DNA from: an uncultured Gammaproteobacteria bacterium
GTDB lineage: Bacteria; Patescibacteriota; Microgenomatia; Levybacterales; UBA12049
Assembly: GCA_964610465.1 (NCBI GenBank)
Contig: CAZSWA010000003.1
Location: 6,245-70,244 of the forward strand
Length of the DNA: 64,000 nt
Direction: 5' to 3'
The notes beneath the pieces were generated by a model. That model was not told the DNA's origin and did not search any database. It saw nothing but the letters and a program-made list of their open reading frames with translations. Position 1 is the stretch's first letter. Every line of letters begins with the position of its first letter. Of this stretch, positions 49,065 through 59,416 are shown piece by piece. Both the position numbers and the translations under genes were made by a program.

Positions 49065-50789
49065 CTATTTTGAAGAGCTTGTGCGAAGCTGAGACAGAGA
49101 AGCTTGGGAAGTCTGATTGTCAACGCACGCCTTGATGAAACCCAAAAATATAGGATGGGGCTTGAGCGGTCTACTCTTGTATTCTGGATGACCCTGTGTT
49201 CCAAGATAGAACGGATGTTCATTTTGTGGAAGCTCAATTATTTCAACCAGACTTTCATTGACTGAACGGGCGCTTATAATAAGTCCTTTGTCTTCAAATT
49301 CCTTAGCAAATTTATTGTTAAATTCATATCTGTGCCTATGCCGTTCACTGGTCAATCCTTTCTTCTCATCGATAAATTCATTGTACTTCTTGTACAAACT
49401 ATCAGCCAATGTGCCTTTCTTGACTATCGCATCCCATGCACCAAGCCTCATTGTGCCTCCATAGGCTCGTCTTTCCATAAATTCTTTTTGAGCTGGAATA
49501 AGATACACCACAGGATGGGAAGATTTGGGATCGTTTTCTGATGTGTTGGCATCTTTCCACCCCAATACATCTCGAGCGAAAGCGACCACTGCCAGCTGCA
49601 TGCCAAAACAAAGTCCAAGATAAGGAAATTTTTTCTCTCGTGCATATCCTGCTGCCTGTATCATCCCTTCTGCTCCCCGTTCTCCCCAACCAATTGGTAC
49701 TATTATGCCATCAGGTTTGCCAATTACTTTTTCTGCTCCTTCTTTCTCTACTTGTTCAGCACTTACCCATACAGTATCTACATCAACTCCAAGCTGCCAT
49801 TTGGCATGATCAATTGCATCAAAAAGCGCTGCATAGGAATCACGAAGCTGATAATCTCCAGTACCAAAGTACTTTCCGACAATTGCAATCTTCAGTTTTG
49901 TATCCTTTTTTGCCTCAATTTTTTTAAGAAGGCCTCGCCATGGATCAAGTTTTGGTTCTCTGACAGGCAATTTAAGTTTTTGAAGAATTCTTGTGTCCAA
50001 TTCCTGTTCATGAAGCATCAAAGGTATTTCATATGGTGAAGTTAAATCTGGGTTGGAAATAATATCTTCAGGATGCATATTGCAGAAAAGCGCAAATCTA
50101 TCCCGCCGTCTTTTGTCCAGGTATTTTTCAGAACGGGCAACAATAAAATCGGGCTGAATACCCATAGAATTCAAAGTTCGTACAGAAAGTTGAGTAGGTT
50201 TTGTCTTCGGTTCACCCAGATGTCCGGGTGTTGGTACATAACTTACATGAATATGCAGTACGTCTCCTGGTTTGCGAAGCGTCATGATACGTGCCGTTTC
50301 ATAATAAAGGACATTTTGATACTCGCCTGCTGTCCCTCCAAGCTCTATCACGACAATATCAGCATCCATTTTTTGAGCAACATTTTCAATTCGTGAAGTA
50401 ATCTCATCTGTGATATGCGGTATTGCTTCAACATCTTCTCCTTTATATTCAAATCTACGTTCCCGCTCTATAACTGTTGTATAGATACTCCCCATCGTGA
50501 CAAAATTATTCCGTCCTAAGTCCTGATCCAGAAACTTCTCATAGGTCCCAATATCCATATCAGCTTCAGTCCCGTCTTCACAAAGAAACGGATCACCATG
50601 CTCGATGGGATTGATAGTCCCTGCATCAACATTGAGATAGTTTTCAAATTTAATGGGTGCAATTTTATAACCTGCGAGCTTGAGAAGAAGAGAGATTGAA
50701 GCTGCGGTGGTACCTTTGCCGATTCCTGAGATTACCCCGCCTGAGACAAATATATACTTTGTGCTTTTTTTAGAATTGTTAAGCGGCAC
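49065..50789 (-). CDS. pyrG: CTP synthase
   Basis: GGVISGIGKG, EHG, KTKPTQ, GLCFGMQ, ERHRHRYE, HPEY. Confidence 0.97.
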   Translation of the reverse strand: MPLNNSKKSTKYIFVSGGVISGIGKGTTAASISLLLKLAGYKIAPIKFENYLNVDAGTINPIEHGDPFLCEDGTEADMDIGTYEKFLDQDLGRNNFVTMGSIYTTVIERERRFEYKGEDVEAIPHITDEITSRIENVAQKMDADIVVIELGGTAGEYQNVLYYETARIMTLRKPGDVLHIHVSYVPTPGHLGEPKTKPTQLSVRTLNSMGIQPDFIVARSEKYLDKRRRDRFALFCNMHPEDIISNPDLTSPYEIPLMLHEQELDTRILQKLKLPVREPKLDPWRGLLKKIEAKKDTKLKIAIVGKYFGTGDYQLRDSYAALFDAIDHAKWQLGVDVDTVWVSAEQVEKEGAEKVIGKPDGIIVPIGWGERGAEGMIQAAGYAREKKFPYLGLCFGMQLAVVAFARDVLGWKDANTSENDPKSSHPVVYLIPAQKEFMERRAYGGTMRLGAWDAIVKKGTLADSLYKKYNEFIDEKKGLTSERHRHRYEFNNKFAKEFEDKGLIISARSVNESLVEIIELPQNEHPFYLGTQGHPEYKSRPLKPHPIFLGFIKACVDNQTSQASLSQLRTSSSK

Positions 50790-50842
50790 GACTTATGTTA
50801 TCAAATCATGACGTGAAGAGTCAATAAGAGATAAAAGACGTG

Positions 50843-50914
50843 AGCGGCGGACCGGATTCGAACCGGCGACCTTCTCCTTGGGAAGGAGACATTCTACCAC
50901 TGAACTACCGCCGC
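50843..50914 (-). tRNA. tRNA-Gly(CCC), CCA not encoded
   Basis: Acceptor GCGGCGG/CCGCCGC, anticodon arm TCTCC-TTCCCAA-GGAGA, GGTTCGAATCC. Confidence 0.95.
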
Positions 50915-51130
50915 AAATACGTTTTTCTCTTATTTACTACCAAAATGATAGCATAAAACCTGCGTATTTACAGTAGTTTTGTCCGTCTCCATGCAAATAG
51001 TTTCCAAATCCCTTTTGATTCGCATATGTGTTTACACTTTTGCGAAAATATATGAATGTTCAGAGCTGATTTGGATATCTTAGAAAAAACTAACAATGTA
51101 ACTTTAATGAAAACTAGCCGTTGATGTCTC

Positions 51131-51958
51131 TTAGCCGTTTCTTGGAATTTTAAGCATATTACCTGAATGAATAATATCTGGGTTATCTAGATTATTTGCT
51201 TTTGCGATATCTACCCATTTATATCCATCTCCATATGCTCGTACCGCTATATTCCAAAGACTATCGCCTTTTACAATTGTATAGGTATTTCCCGTTATTC
51301 TGTTTGTTATAACAGTATTTGTTTGAGGAGCAGCTGTTATTGTAACGGTTGCAATTTTTGGTTCAACACTTGGTATTACCAACTTGCTTCCTTTATAAAT
51401 TGTTCCAGGGTCGGTAATATTGTTTGCCTTTGCGATATCCACCCAATTATATCCACTTTTGTATTCCTTTTCTGCAATTACCCAGAGATTATCACCTGCA
51501 GCTACTGTATACGTTTGACCTTTAACTGGTTTTGCTACTGGATTGGTAGTTACTGTTTTCTTCTTTTGATTGGTTTTTTGTGCTATTGCTTTGGTAATGG
51601 TTGGTACTTGTGTGAGAGTTGGTGTTAGAGCAAAAGTTACCTTTACAGTAGGTACAATAGTGACAGTTGGTGATAAATGAACAGTTGGCGATATCTGTTT
51701 AGGTGCTTTGGAAACATTTTGAGTATTTTGGGCAATTTGTTGATTTGATTGACTGACTTTGTTTACTTTATTACTTTTCGCAAATGATAATAACAAGATT
51801 GTTGAGATAACTACTACTATGATTCCTAAAAGTAAACTGGTATATGATTCACCTAACTTAAAGAAGTCCAAAAAGCTTTGACGAGTGACTCCTTTTTGAG
51901 AAGATACCCGTGATGTTTTTGTTGTTTGAGATTTTTTGTTTCCTGCCTTTTTTGCCAT
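51131..51958 (-). CDS. Membrane-anchored protein with two LysM domains
   Basis: TM, T/P-rich linker, YTVAAGDNLWVIA and YTIVKGDSLWNIA; SD GGAGGTG. Confidence 0.9.
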   Translation of the reverse strand: MAKKAGNKKSQTTKTSRVSSQKGVTRQSFLDFFKLGESYTSLLLGIIVVVISTILLLSFAKSNKVNKVSQSNQQIAQNTQNVSKAPKQISPTVHLSPTVTIVPTVKVTFALTPTLTQVPTITKAIAQKTNQKKKTVTTNPVAKPVKGQTYTVAAGDNLWVIAEKEYKSGYNWVDIAKANNITDPGTIYKGSKLVIPSVEPKIATVTITAAPQTNTVITNRITGNTYTIVKGDSLWNIAVRAYGDGYKWVDIAKANNLDNPDIIHSGNMLKIPRNG

Positions 51959-52184
51959 TATTGTTATTCACCTCCCTTCGCCATCCGAAGCTTTACGCGA
52001 AGGATGGTTTCGCTCCTCATTTTCTTTCTCTAAATATACCTAGTTGAGGTTCTAGGCTTCGGGGACCTTCGGCCCCCTTTCTCTTTTTTTAATTTAAAAT
52101 AACAAAAGTATTGCAATGTCGCAGAATTGCGACGCCTTTTTAGGCAGATTTATTTATATATGAGTTGGAGCAAAATGCTCTTTG

Positions 52185-52258
52185 CGGGGCCGACGGGACT
52201 CGAACCCGCGACCTCTTCCGTGACAGGGAAGCGCTCTAACCAACTGAGCTACGACCCC
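52185..52258 (-). tRNA. tRNA-Asp(GTC), CCA not encoded
   Basis: GGGGTCG acceptor, CTTCC-CTGTCAC-GGAAG, GGTTCGAGTCC. Confidence 0.95.
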
Positions 52259-52351
52259 ATATTAAAAATATAAAAAAAACGGCTTACCGAAAAGCCCACA
52301 GTATCGTATCAAATTATTGCAGCTGCGTCAATGCTCTGCTACACTCATTGT

Positions 52352-54118
52352 ATGACAAATGACGAGATTACAAAGCTATTACGTAATGTCGCAGCAGCTT
52401 ACAGTATAAAAGATGAAAAAAAATATCGCTTTCAAATACTTGCCTATCAAAAAGCAGCAGATTCTATAGAACATTTGACAACTGAATTGCAAGAACTTCA
52501 TAATTTAGATAAGTTACACCATATTCCAGGCATCGGCCCTTCAATTCAGGCTCATCTTGAAGAATTGTTTAAAACAGGTAAAGTAAAACATTTTGAAGAA
52601 ATTCTCAAAGGAGTTCCTGAGGCAGTATTTCCCCTTCTTCAGATACCTTCCTTCGGACCAAAAAAAGCATTTCGCTTGGTTGATGCATTTAAACTCAAAA
52701 ATCCTGAAACAGTGATGCAAGATATTGTCATGCTTGGTGCTGAAGGAAAAATTGCCCAACTTGATGGCTTTGGGGAAAAATCTCAAGACGATATATTACA
52801 GGCAATAAGTGAGTTTGGACAAGGCAAAACCAAAACTGCTCGTATGGTGCTTCCTTATGCCAGTGAACTGGCAGACAAAATTGTTGAATATCTTAAAAAA
52901 TCAAGTGCAGTAAAACAAATTTCTCCTCTAGGCAGCTTACGAAGACGAGTTTCGACTATTGGAGATGTTGATATTGCAGTCGCAACAGAAAAACCTGAGG
53001 AAGTACTTGAATATTTTACAAAATATCCACATAAAGAACGGGTTATTGAACGAGGTGAGAGAACCTCTTCAATTCTTGTAGCAGGCGGCAAACAGATTGA
53101 CCTTATGACACAGCCGGTAAAGGGTTTTGGTGCGCTTCTGCAGCATTTTACAGGCAGTAAAGCGCATAATATCCACCTTCGTGACTATGCGTTATCAAAA
53201 GGGCTTTCCTTATCAGAATACGGGATTAAGAAAAAAGGTAGTATGGAAATTACGATGTATGATTCAGAAGAGAATTTTTATGATGCATTAGGTATGCAAT
53301 GGATTCCTCCTGAGATAAGAGAAAACACAGGAGAGATTGAACTGGCAATACAGCATAACTTACCAACATTGGTAGAGTTGAAAGATATTAAAGGTGATTT
53401 CCATATTCACTCAAATTACCCAATTGAACCAAGCCATGACTTAGGAATTAACTCAATGGAGGATATGATAAAAAAAGCAATAAAGCTTAATTATACGTTC
53501 CTTGCATTCTCAGAACATAATCCAAGTATTTCTAAGCATACGCCACAACAAATTTTCTCTATTCTTGAAAAAAGGAGTAAATATATTGAACACTTGAGGC
53601 TAGAGTACAATAAATATATTCGGTTATTTATTTTACTCGAGACCGATATTTTACCAAACGGAAAGTTGGCAATCGATAACGATGCGTTATCACTTCTTGA
53701 TGGCACAATTGTTTCAGTACATAGTTCTTTTGGGATGGATAAAAAAACAATGACTGAAAGGGTGCTGAAAGGATTATCACATCCCAAAGCAAAAATACTA
53801 GCACACCCGACTGGAAGACTTTTAAATCAAAGACCCGGATATGATTTGGAATGGGACAGGCTATTTGAGTTCTGCCAAAAAGAAGATAAAGCAATTGAGA
53901 TAAACGCATGGCCTTTACGCCTTGACTTACCGGATGTACTTGTACGAGAAGCTATAAATAAAGGAGTAAAAATGGTTATAGATACCGATAGTCACGCAGT
54001 AAACCATATGAATTTGATGCAATATGGAGTATCTGTTGCGCGTCGGGGTTGGGCAACAAGAAGTGACATTTGTAACACATTTGACTATAATGAAATTGAG
54101 AAATGGTTTAAAAAGTAA
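52352..54118 (+). CDS. polX: DNA polymerase X with PHP domain
   Basis: HhH GIG, GSLRR, GDVDI, HFTGSKAHN, PHP HIH, HPTGR, EINA, TDSH. Confidence 0.93.
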   Translation: MTNDEITKLLRNVAAAYSIKDEKKYRFQILAYQKAADSIEHLTTELQELHNLDKLHHIPGIGPSIQAHLEELFKTGKVKHFEEILKGVPEAVFPLLQIPSFGPKKAFRLVDAFKLKNPETVMQDIVMLGAEGKIAQLDGFGEKSQDDILQAISEFGQGKTKTARMVLPYASELADKIVEYLKKSSAVKQISPLGSLRRRVSTIGDVDIAVATEKPEEVLEYFTKYPHKERVIERGERTSSILVAGGKQIDLMTQPVKGFGALLQHFTGSKAHNIHLRDYALSKGLSLSEYGIKKKGSMEITMYDSEENFYDALGMQWIPPEIRENTGEIELAIQHNLPTLVELKDIKGDFHIHSNYPIEPSHDLGINSMEDMIKKAIKLNYTFLAFSEHNPSISKHTPQQIFSILEKRSKYIEHLRLEYNKYIRLFILLETDILPNGKLAIDNDALSLLDGTIVSVHSSFGMDKKTMTERVLKGLSHPKAKILAHPTGRLLNQRPGYDLEWDRLFEFCQKEDKAIEINAWPLRLDLPDVLVREAINKGVKMVIDTDSHAVNHMNLMQYGVSVARRGWATRSDICNTFDYNEIEKWFKK

Positions 54119-54241
54119 ACTCTTGTAAAAGATGTAGTAAGTCTTAGCCATTAGAACATTTCTTTATTTGATAGAATAAAAAACTAAAGAAAGGAGGACG
54201 AAAATCCCTAAGAGTGAGAAAGACGAAGGGGAGAAAAATAT

Positions 54242-54793
54242 ATGTCATTACCAGTCATAGGAATAATAGTTATTGTCGCTTTTCTTCTTTACATGTGGTA
54301 CGTGTACAATAGCCTGATTACTGCCAAGTACCGAGTTTCCGAAGCATTTTCTCAAATAGATGTTCAGCTCAAAAGAAGAACAGATCTTATTCCCAATCTT
54401 GTTGAGACAGTTAAAGGATATGCCAAACATGAAAAGGAACTATTTGAAAATGTCACAAAAGCACGCGCAAGTCTTATGTCTGCTTCATCAGCAACAGATA
54501 AGGCAAAGGCTAATAATCAACTTTCAGAAACGCTTAAGTCACTTTTTGCAGTCGCAGAAAATTATCCTGATTTAAAAGCAAGCCAAAGCTTTTTAAGTTT
54601 GCAGGAAGAGCTTTCAGATACAGAAAATAAGATTGCCTACTCAAGGCAATTTTACAATTCAAATGTTCTTGATTATAATAGCAAACTTGCAATATTCCCA
54701 AGTGTGTTTTTTGCAAGAATGTTGAATTTTAAGCCAACAGACTTTTTTGAAGCAGAGGAAAATGAGAAGAAGCCGGTGAAAGTGAATTTCTAA
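54242..54793 (+). CDS. lemA: LemA family protein
   Basis: [31 protein letters not shown]. Confidence 0.95.
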   Translation: MSLPVIGIIVIVAFLLYMWYVYNSLITAKYRVSEAFSQIDVQLKRRTDLIPNLVETVKGYAKHEKELFENVTKARASLMSASSATDKAKANNQLSETLKSLFAVAENYPDLKASQSFLSLQEELSDTENKIAYSRQFYNSNVLDYNSKLAIFPSVFFARMLNFKPTDFFEAEENEKKPVKVNF

Positions 54794-54887
54794 TTTTTGT
54801 TATAAATTAATCCTGAGGATTGCAAAACGAAGAATTTAGAAACAGAAATGAATGTTGAACGTAAAAGTTTAGCATGATATTTTATTT

Positions 54888-55787
54888 ATGAATATTTATT
54901 CTGCAATTAGAGGTAATGTTTTGAAGAGCTGGGTAATTATGGCTCTATTTGTTATCTTTGTGACTACAATCGCATATGTGATTGGCAAAGCTACAGGCTA
55001 TGGAATCCCATTCACATTTATTGCTCTTGTCATTGCAGTAGTATCAAGTGTAGGCAGTTATTATTACTCAGATCAAGTAGTCCTCAGTACTTCACAAGCT
55101 GAACCAATTGAGAAAAAGGATAACCCAGAGCTTTATAGAATTGTTGAAAATCTCGCAATTGGTGACGGGTTACCTACACCCAAAGTCTATATTATTAATG
55201 ATCCTTCTCCAAATGCCTTTGCAACTGGACGTGACACAAAGCATGCATCAGTTGCAGTAACCAGCGGAATTCTGGAGCGCTTGAATAAGTCAGAACTGGA
55301 AGGAGTGATAGCGCATGAGTTATCACATGTGAAAAATTTTGATACGCGTCTTATGATGATTACGGCGGTACTCGTTGGATTTGTGGCAATACTTGGTGAG
55401 ATATTTACACGAAACCTTATCTGGGGAAATGTAAGACGACGTGATGATGAAGAAAACCGCGTGCAAGTAATATTCTTGATTCTTGGGCTTATTTTTGCCA
55501 TACTTTCGCCTCTTATTGCAAGTCTTATTCAAGTGGCAATATCTAGAAAAAGAGAATTCCTCGCTGATGCATCAGGTGCGCTTTTGACTAGGTATCCTGA
55601 AGGATTGGCAAATGCTCTTGAAAAAATCTCATCAGATCCAAGACCGCTTAAAAGTGCTTCTAACGCAACTGCTCACCTTTTTATTGTAAATCCGTTTAAG
55701 GGCAAAGGGTTACAAGGATGGTTTGCCTCATTATTTAATACTCATCCGCCTGTTGAAGAAAGAATCAAAATTTTAAGGTCAATGTAA
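54888..55787 (+). CDS. htpX: HtpX-like M48 zinc protease
   Basis: PNAFATG, HELSH, SRKREFLAD, THPP. Confidence 0.93.
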   Translation: MNIYSAIRGNVLKSWVIMALFVIFVTTIAYVIGKATGYGIPFTFIALVIAVVSSVGSYYYSDQVVLSTSQAEPIEKKDNPELYRIVENLAIGDGLPTPKVYIINDPSPNAFATGRDTKHASVAVTSGILERLNKSELEGVIAHELSHVKNFDTRLMMITAVLVGFVAILGEIFTRNLIWGNVRRRDDEENRVQVIFLILGLIFAILSPLIASLIQVAISRKREFLADASGALLTRYPEGLANALEKISSDPRPLKSASNATAHLFIVNPFKGKGLQGWFASLFNTHPPVEERIKILRSM

Positions 55788-55860
55788 TATATAAAAATCT
55801 GAATATCGAAATTCGAAATATTATTTTCCTTAATTCGTAATTCTGATTCTTACTTCTTTT

Positions 55861-57153
55861 ATGTTTAATCTGTTACTCATTACCATTGGCAAACTTATTA
55901 CCCAACTCAGCAAACTTCTAAATTTAGGTAATGGTTCCACATGGCCTGGACATATTGCCTTATCTCTCAATAAAAATTTCATCAGGGAAATTGTAAAAAA
56001 TTCCAATCTTAAAATCATCCTTATCGCAGGAACTAATGGCAAAACGACTACCTCACGCCTTTCCCGCTCAATTCTCCTCCATAGTGGAAAGAACGTGCTC
56101 CTCAATGAATCAGGCGCAAATTTACTTAATGGCATTGCTTCAACTCTTCTTTTGCATACAAATTTAGAAGGAAAAGTAAATAAAGAATATGCAATTTTTG
56201 AAATAGATGAGAATACTCTACCACTTATTCTTAAAGAACTAACACCAGACTTTGTGGTGCTTCTTAATCTCTTTCGTGATCAACTTGATAGATATGGAGA
56301 AGTCGATAATATTGCCAGAAACTGGAAGACAGCATTCGCTGCATTACCTGCATCTACTACCCTTATCTTAAATGCTGATGATCCTCAAATTGCCTATCTT
56401 GGTGAAGAAATCAAAGCGCGAACTATATACTTTGGTCTTGATGATAAGAAATCAATTCAAACTATGCCGCAACATGCATCAGACTCGATTTATTGTCCAA
56501 GATGTTCAGAACGACTCTTTTTTAAAACAGTCTATTTCTCCCATATTGGAATTTGGGAATGCAGGAATTGTAAACTGAAACGGCCGACACTCAATATTAA
56601 TTCCTATTCGTACTATCCTCTTCCTGGTGTCTATAACAAATACAATATTCATGCAGTAGTACTTCTTACCAGAACGCTTGGGATAGACAATACAGATATT
56701 GATGAAGCAGTCAAAAACTTCAAACCTGCATTTGGCAGACAGGAAATTGTGAAGTATAAAAATAAACAGATTCGTATTTTTCTTTCCAAAAATCCAACCA
56801 GCTACAATGAATCACTAAGAACTGTACAAGAACTTGATGCAAAAACAGTGCTTCTTATACTAAACGACCATATTGCTGACGGAAGGGACGTTTCATGGAT
56901 TTGGGATATTGATATGGAAAAATATCTTCCCTCTTTTGAACATATTTTGATAACAGGCACTAGAGCATATGATATGGGATTAAGAGTAAAATACGCGACA
57001 GGAAGTCAAAAGTTTACACTATTGGAAAATATACAAGAAGCGGTTGAACAAGGAATACAGAGCTTAAAGGATAGTGAAACTTTATATATTTTGCCAACTT
57101 ATACAGCGATGCTTGATGTAAGAAAAATTATAACAGGAAGGAAGATTTTATAA
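55861..57153 (+). CDS. murT: Lipid II isoglutaminyl synthase subunit MurT
   Basis: GTNGKTT, GANL, LFRDQLDRYGE, CxxC...CxxC, KNP, DGRDVSWIWD, TYTAM. Confidence 0.9.
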   Translation: MFNLLLITIGKLITQLSKLLNLGNGSTWPGHIALSLNKNFIREIVKNSNLKIILIAGTNGKTTTSRLSRSILLHSGKNVLLNESGANLLNGIASTLLLHTNLEGKVNKEYAIFEIDENTLPLILKELTPDFVVLLNLFRDQLDRYGEVDNIARNWKTAFAALPASTTLILNADDPQIAYLGEEIKARTIYFGLDDKKSIQTMPQHASDSIYCPRCSERLFFKTVYFSHIGIWECRNCKLKRPTLNINSYSYYPLPGVYNKYNIHAVVLLTRTLGIDNTDIDEAVKNFKPAFGRQEIVKYKNKQIRIFLSKNPTSYNESLRTVQELDAKTVLLILNDHIADGRDVSWIWDIDMEKYLPSFEHILITGTRAYDMGLRVKYATGSQKFTLLENIQEAVEQGIQSLKDSETLYILPTYTAMLDVRKIITGRKIL

Positions 57154-57705
57154 ATGAAACACCTGAATTCCTTAACTTTTATAACCGGTAATCTTAACAA
57201 AGTAAAATGGTTACAGGAATACCTGGAAATTCCAATTACCCATCAGGAAATAGATTTAGTGGAAATCCAATCACTGGATTTAAAAGAAATAGTAACATAC
57301 AAGGCAAAAGAAGCATATGCGCAAATAAAAAAAACTGTTTTGGTTGAAGATACCTCACTTACTTTTTCTGCAATGGGCAAACTTCCCGGCCCTCTTATTA
57401 AATGGTTTCTGCAAGAACTTGGAAATGAAGGATTATGTATATTATTAAATGCGTATCAAGACAGAACTGCACTTGCGGAAGTTCTGTTTGGCTTATATGA
57501 TGGAAAAGAATTACATCTCTTTGAAGCCAAGAAAAAAGGCACAATAGCTGATTCACCTGAAGGAAGCTTTGGATTTGGTTGGGACAGCATATTTATCCCT
57601 GAAGGAAGTAGAAAAACGTGGGGACAAATGACAAAAGACGAATTAAAAGAGACCTCTCTTCGAAGACTGGCACTGGAAAAACTAGAAAAATACTTACAAC
57701 AATAA
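57154..57705 (+). CDS. Ham1/ITPase non-canonical purine NTP pyrophosphatase
   Basis: TGNLNK, VEDTSL, LPGPLIKW, FGWDSIF. Confidence 0.9.
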   Translation: MKHLNSLTFITGNLNKVKWLQEYLEIPITHQEIDLVEIQSLDLKEIVTYKAKEAYAQIKKTVLVEDTSLTFSAMGKLPGPLIKWFLQELGNEGLCILLNAYQDRTALAEVLFGLYDGKELHLFEAKKKGTIADSPEGSFGFGWDSIFIPEGSRKTWGQMTKDELKETSLRRLALEKLEKYLQQ

Positions 57706-57709
57706 ATTT

Positions 57710-58492
57710 ATGAGAAACACAAAAGATCATAAATTAACCATCGGTTGGCTGTATCCTGACCTTATGAGTATTTATGGAGATAGAGGAAATATCATTACGC
57801 TTATAAAGCGCTGCGAATGGCGTGGTATTGATATAAAAGTCAAAACTATCTCACTTCATACATCAGTAAACGAACTTAAAAGCTGTGATTTGCTTTTTAT
57901 GGGAGGAGCACAGGATAGACAGCAAAAAATCGTTTCAGAAGATCTGGTGAAAAAAGCAAAAACGCTCTTTGACATGATAGAAAAAGGTATCCCAGGACTG
58001 TATATTTGTGGAGCGTTTCAGTTTTTGGGCAAATATTATAAAGAAGCTGATGGGACAATAGTTGATGGGCTTGGAATTTTGGATCTTTATACAGTTAATC
58101 CTGGTTTTAGTGCCAAACGTCTTATTGGTAATGTAGTAGCAAAAGCTGAGAAAAATTGGTTTAGGGGAAGTGATGAGCTGTCGTATATTGTCGGCTTTGA
58201 AAATCATGGAGGACGAACGTATCTTGGAGAGAATATCCAACCCATGAGTAAAGTAGTAAAGGGCTATGGTAATAATGGAGAAGATGGGACAGAAGGTGCA
58301 GTATATAAAAATAGTTTTGGCAGTTATTTTCATGGTCCAATACTCCCTAAAAACCCTCAATTTGCTGACTATTTGATAGAAAAAGCATTAGAAATAAAAT
58401 ATGAAGATACAGTTGAGATAACTCCACTTGATGAATCATTGGAATTACAAGCAGTAAGTGTGATTGCGAAACGTTTAGGCCTTGAGCTATAA
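57710..58492 (+). CDS. gatD: Lipid II isoglutaminyl synthase glutaminase subunit GatD
   Basis: LYPDLMSIYGDRGN, ICGAFQ, GFENHGGRT, HGPILPKNP. Confidence 0.9.
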   Translation: MRNTKDHKLTIGWLYPDLMSIYGDRGNIITLIKRCEWRGIDIKVKTISLHTSVNELKSCDLLFMGGAQDRQQKIVSEDLVKKAKTLFDMIEKGIPGLYICGAFQFLGKYYKEADGTIVDGLGILDLYTVNPGFSAKRLIGNVVAKAEKNWFRGSDELSYIVGFENHGGRTYLGENIQPMSKVVKGYGNNGEDGTEGAVYKNSFGSYFHGPILPKNPQFADYLIEKALEIKYEDTVEITPLDESLELQAVSVIAKRLGLEL

Positions 58493-58499
58493 TAGCTTC

Positions 58500-58784
58500 A
58501 TGAAAATCAATGTAAAACATGTGGCAAAACTTGCCAATCTTCCTCTTATTGACAAAGAGATTACCAAATTTGAACCTCAACTTTCAGAAGTCTTAGAGTA
58601 TATAAAAAAACTTGAGGAAGTAAAAACCAAAGATGTTGACCCTACAAGTCAGGTAACTGGTCTTGAAAACGTAGTTCGGAATGATGAAACTGTTTCTTCT
58701 CTACCACAGGATGAAGCATTGTCAAATGCCAAAGCACAACACAATGGATTTTTCCAGGTGAAAGGAATTTTTGATAATGAATAG
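58500..58784 (+). CDS. gatC: Asp/Glu-tRNA amidotransferase subunit C
   Basis: HVAKLANL, RND, ALSNA, FFQV; start moved to ATG 6 nt after TATAAT. Confidence 0.9.
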   Translation: MKINVKHVAKLANLPLIDKEITKFEPQLSEVLEYIKKLEEVKTKDVDPTSQVTGLENVVRNDETVSSLPQDEALSNAKAQHNGFFQVKGIFDNE

Positions 58785-59415
58785 TCAGCTTACTACATTT
58801 TATATCGTTCGGCATGGAGAATCTGAAGCAAATGTAAAAGAAGAAAAAAGAGAAGAATATCAGACCCCAGGAGAATATGGACCGCCATTGACCAAAAATG
58901 GTAAACAGCAAGTATCTCTTTTGGCAAAGAAGTTAAAAAATATTCATTTTGATGTGGTATTCTCATCTGATCTGCTACGTGCCAAAGAAACAGCTGAAAT
59001 ACTCACTCTTGAAAGAAAAATCGCAATACAGACCACACACATAATTCGAGAACGTAATTTTGCAAGTTATCATGGGAAATGGCATATAGTCAAAAAAGAA
59101 GTACTAAGAGAGATTGCAAAACTTATTGAGGAGGAAAAAATGAAATATAAATTTGCAGATTTGGAAACAGAAGAAGATGCAGTCAATCGTTTAATTACTT
59201 TTGTCAGAGAGCTAGCTGTCGCATATAGCGGGAAAACTGTATTAATAGCAAGCCACGGAACTATTATGCGCATGTTTTTAATTAAACTAGGATATGCGAA
59301 ATATGATGAATTACCATCAGGAAGTATAAAAAATGCTGGATATTTTGTAGTACAAAGTGACGGGACAGACTTTTTTCTCAAAGAAACACAGGGAATAAAT
59401 AAGAAAGAAAACTAA
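58777..59415 (+). CDS. Histidine phosphatase family protein
   Basis: RHGE, SSDLLRAKETA, RER, SHG. Confidence 0.88.
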   Translation: MNSQLTTFYIVRHGESEANVKEEKREEYQTPGEYGPPLTKNGKQQVSLLAKKLKNIHFDVVFSSDLLRAKETAEILTLERKIAIQTTHIIRERNFASYHGKWHIVKKEVLREIAKLIEEEKMKYKFADLETEEDAVNRLITFVRELAVAYSGKTVLIASHGTIMRMFLIKLGYAKYDELPSGSIKNAGYFVVQSDGTDFFLKETQGINKKEN

Positions 59416-59416
59416 T

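Noticed and set aside
48085-50914. Island integrated at tRNA-Gly carrying pyrG and the phage-like gene
   Set aside because: Only a weak resemblance (AGCGG...CCGGATT) to the tRNA 3' end, and it coincides with the rplS promoter; no integrase; pyrG is a core gene.
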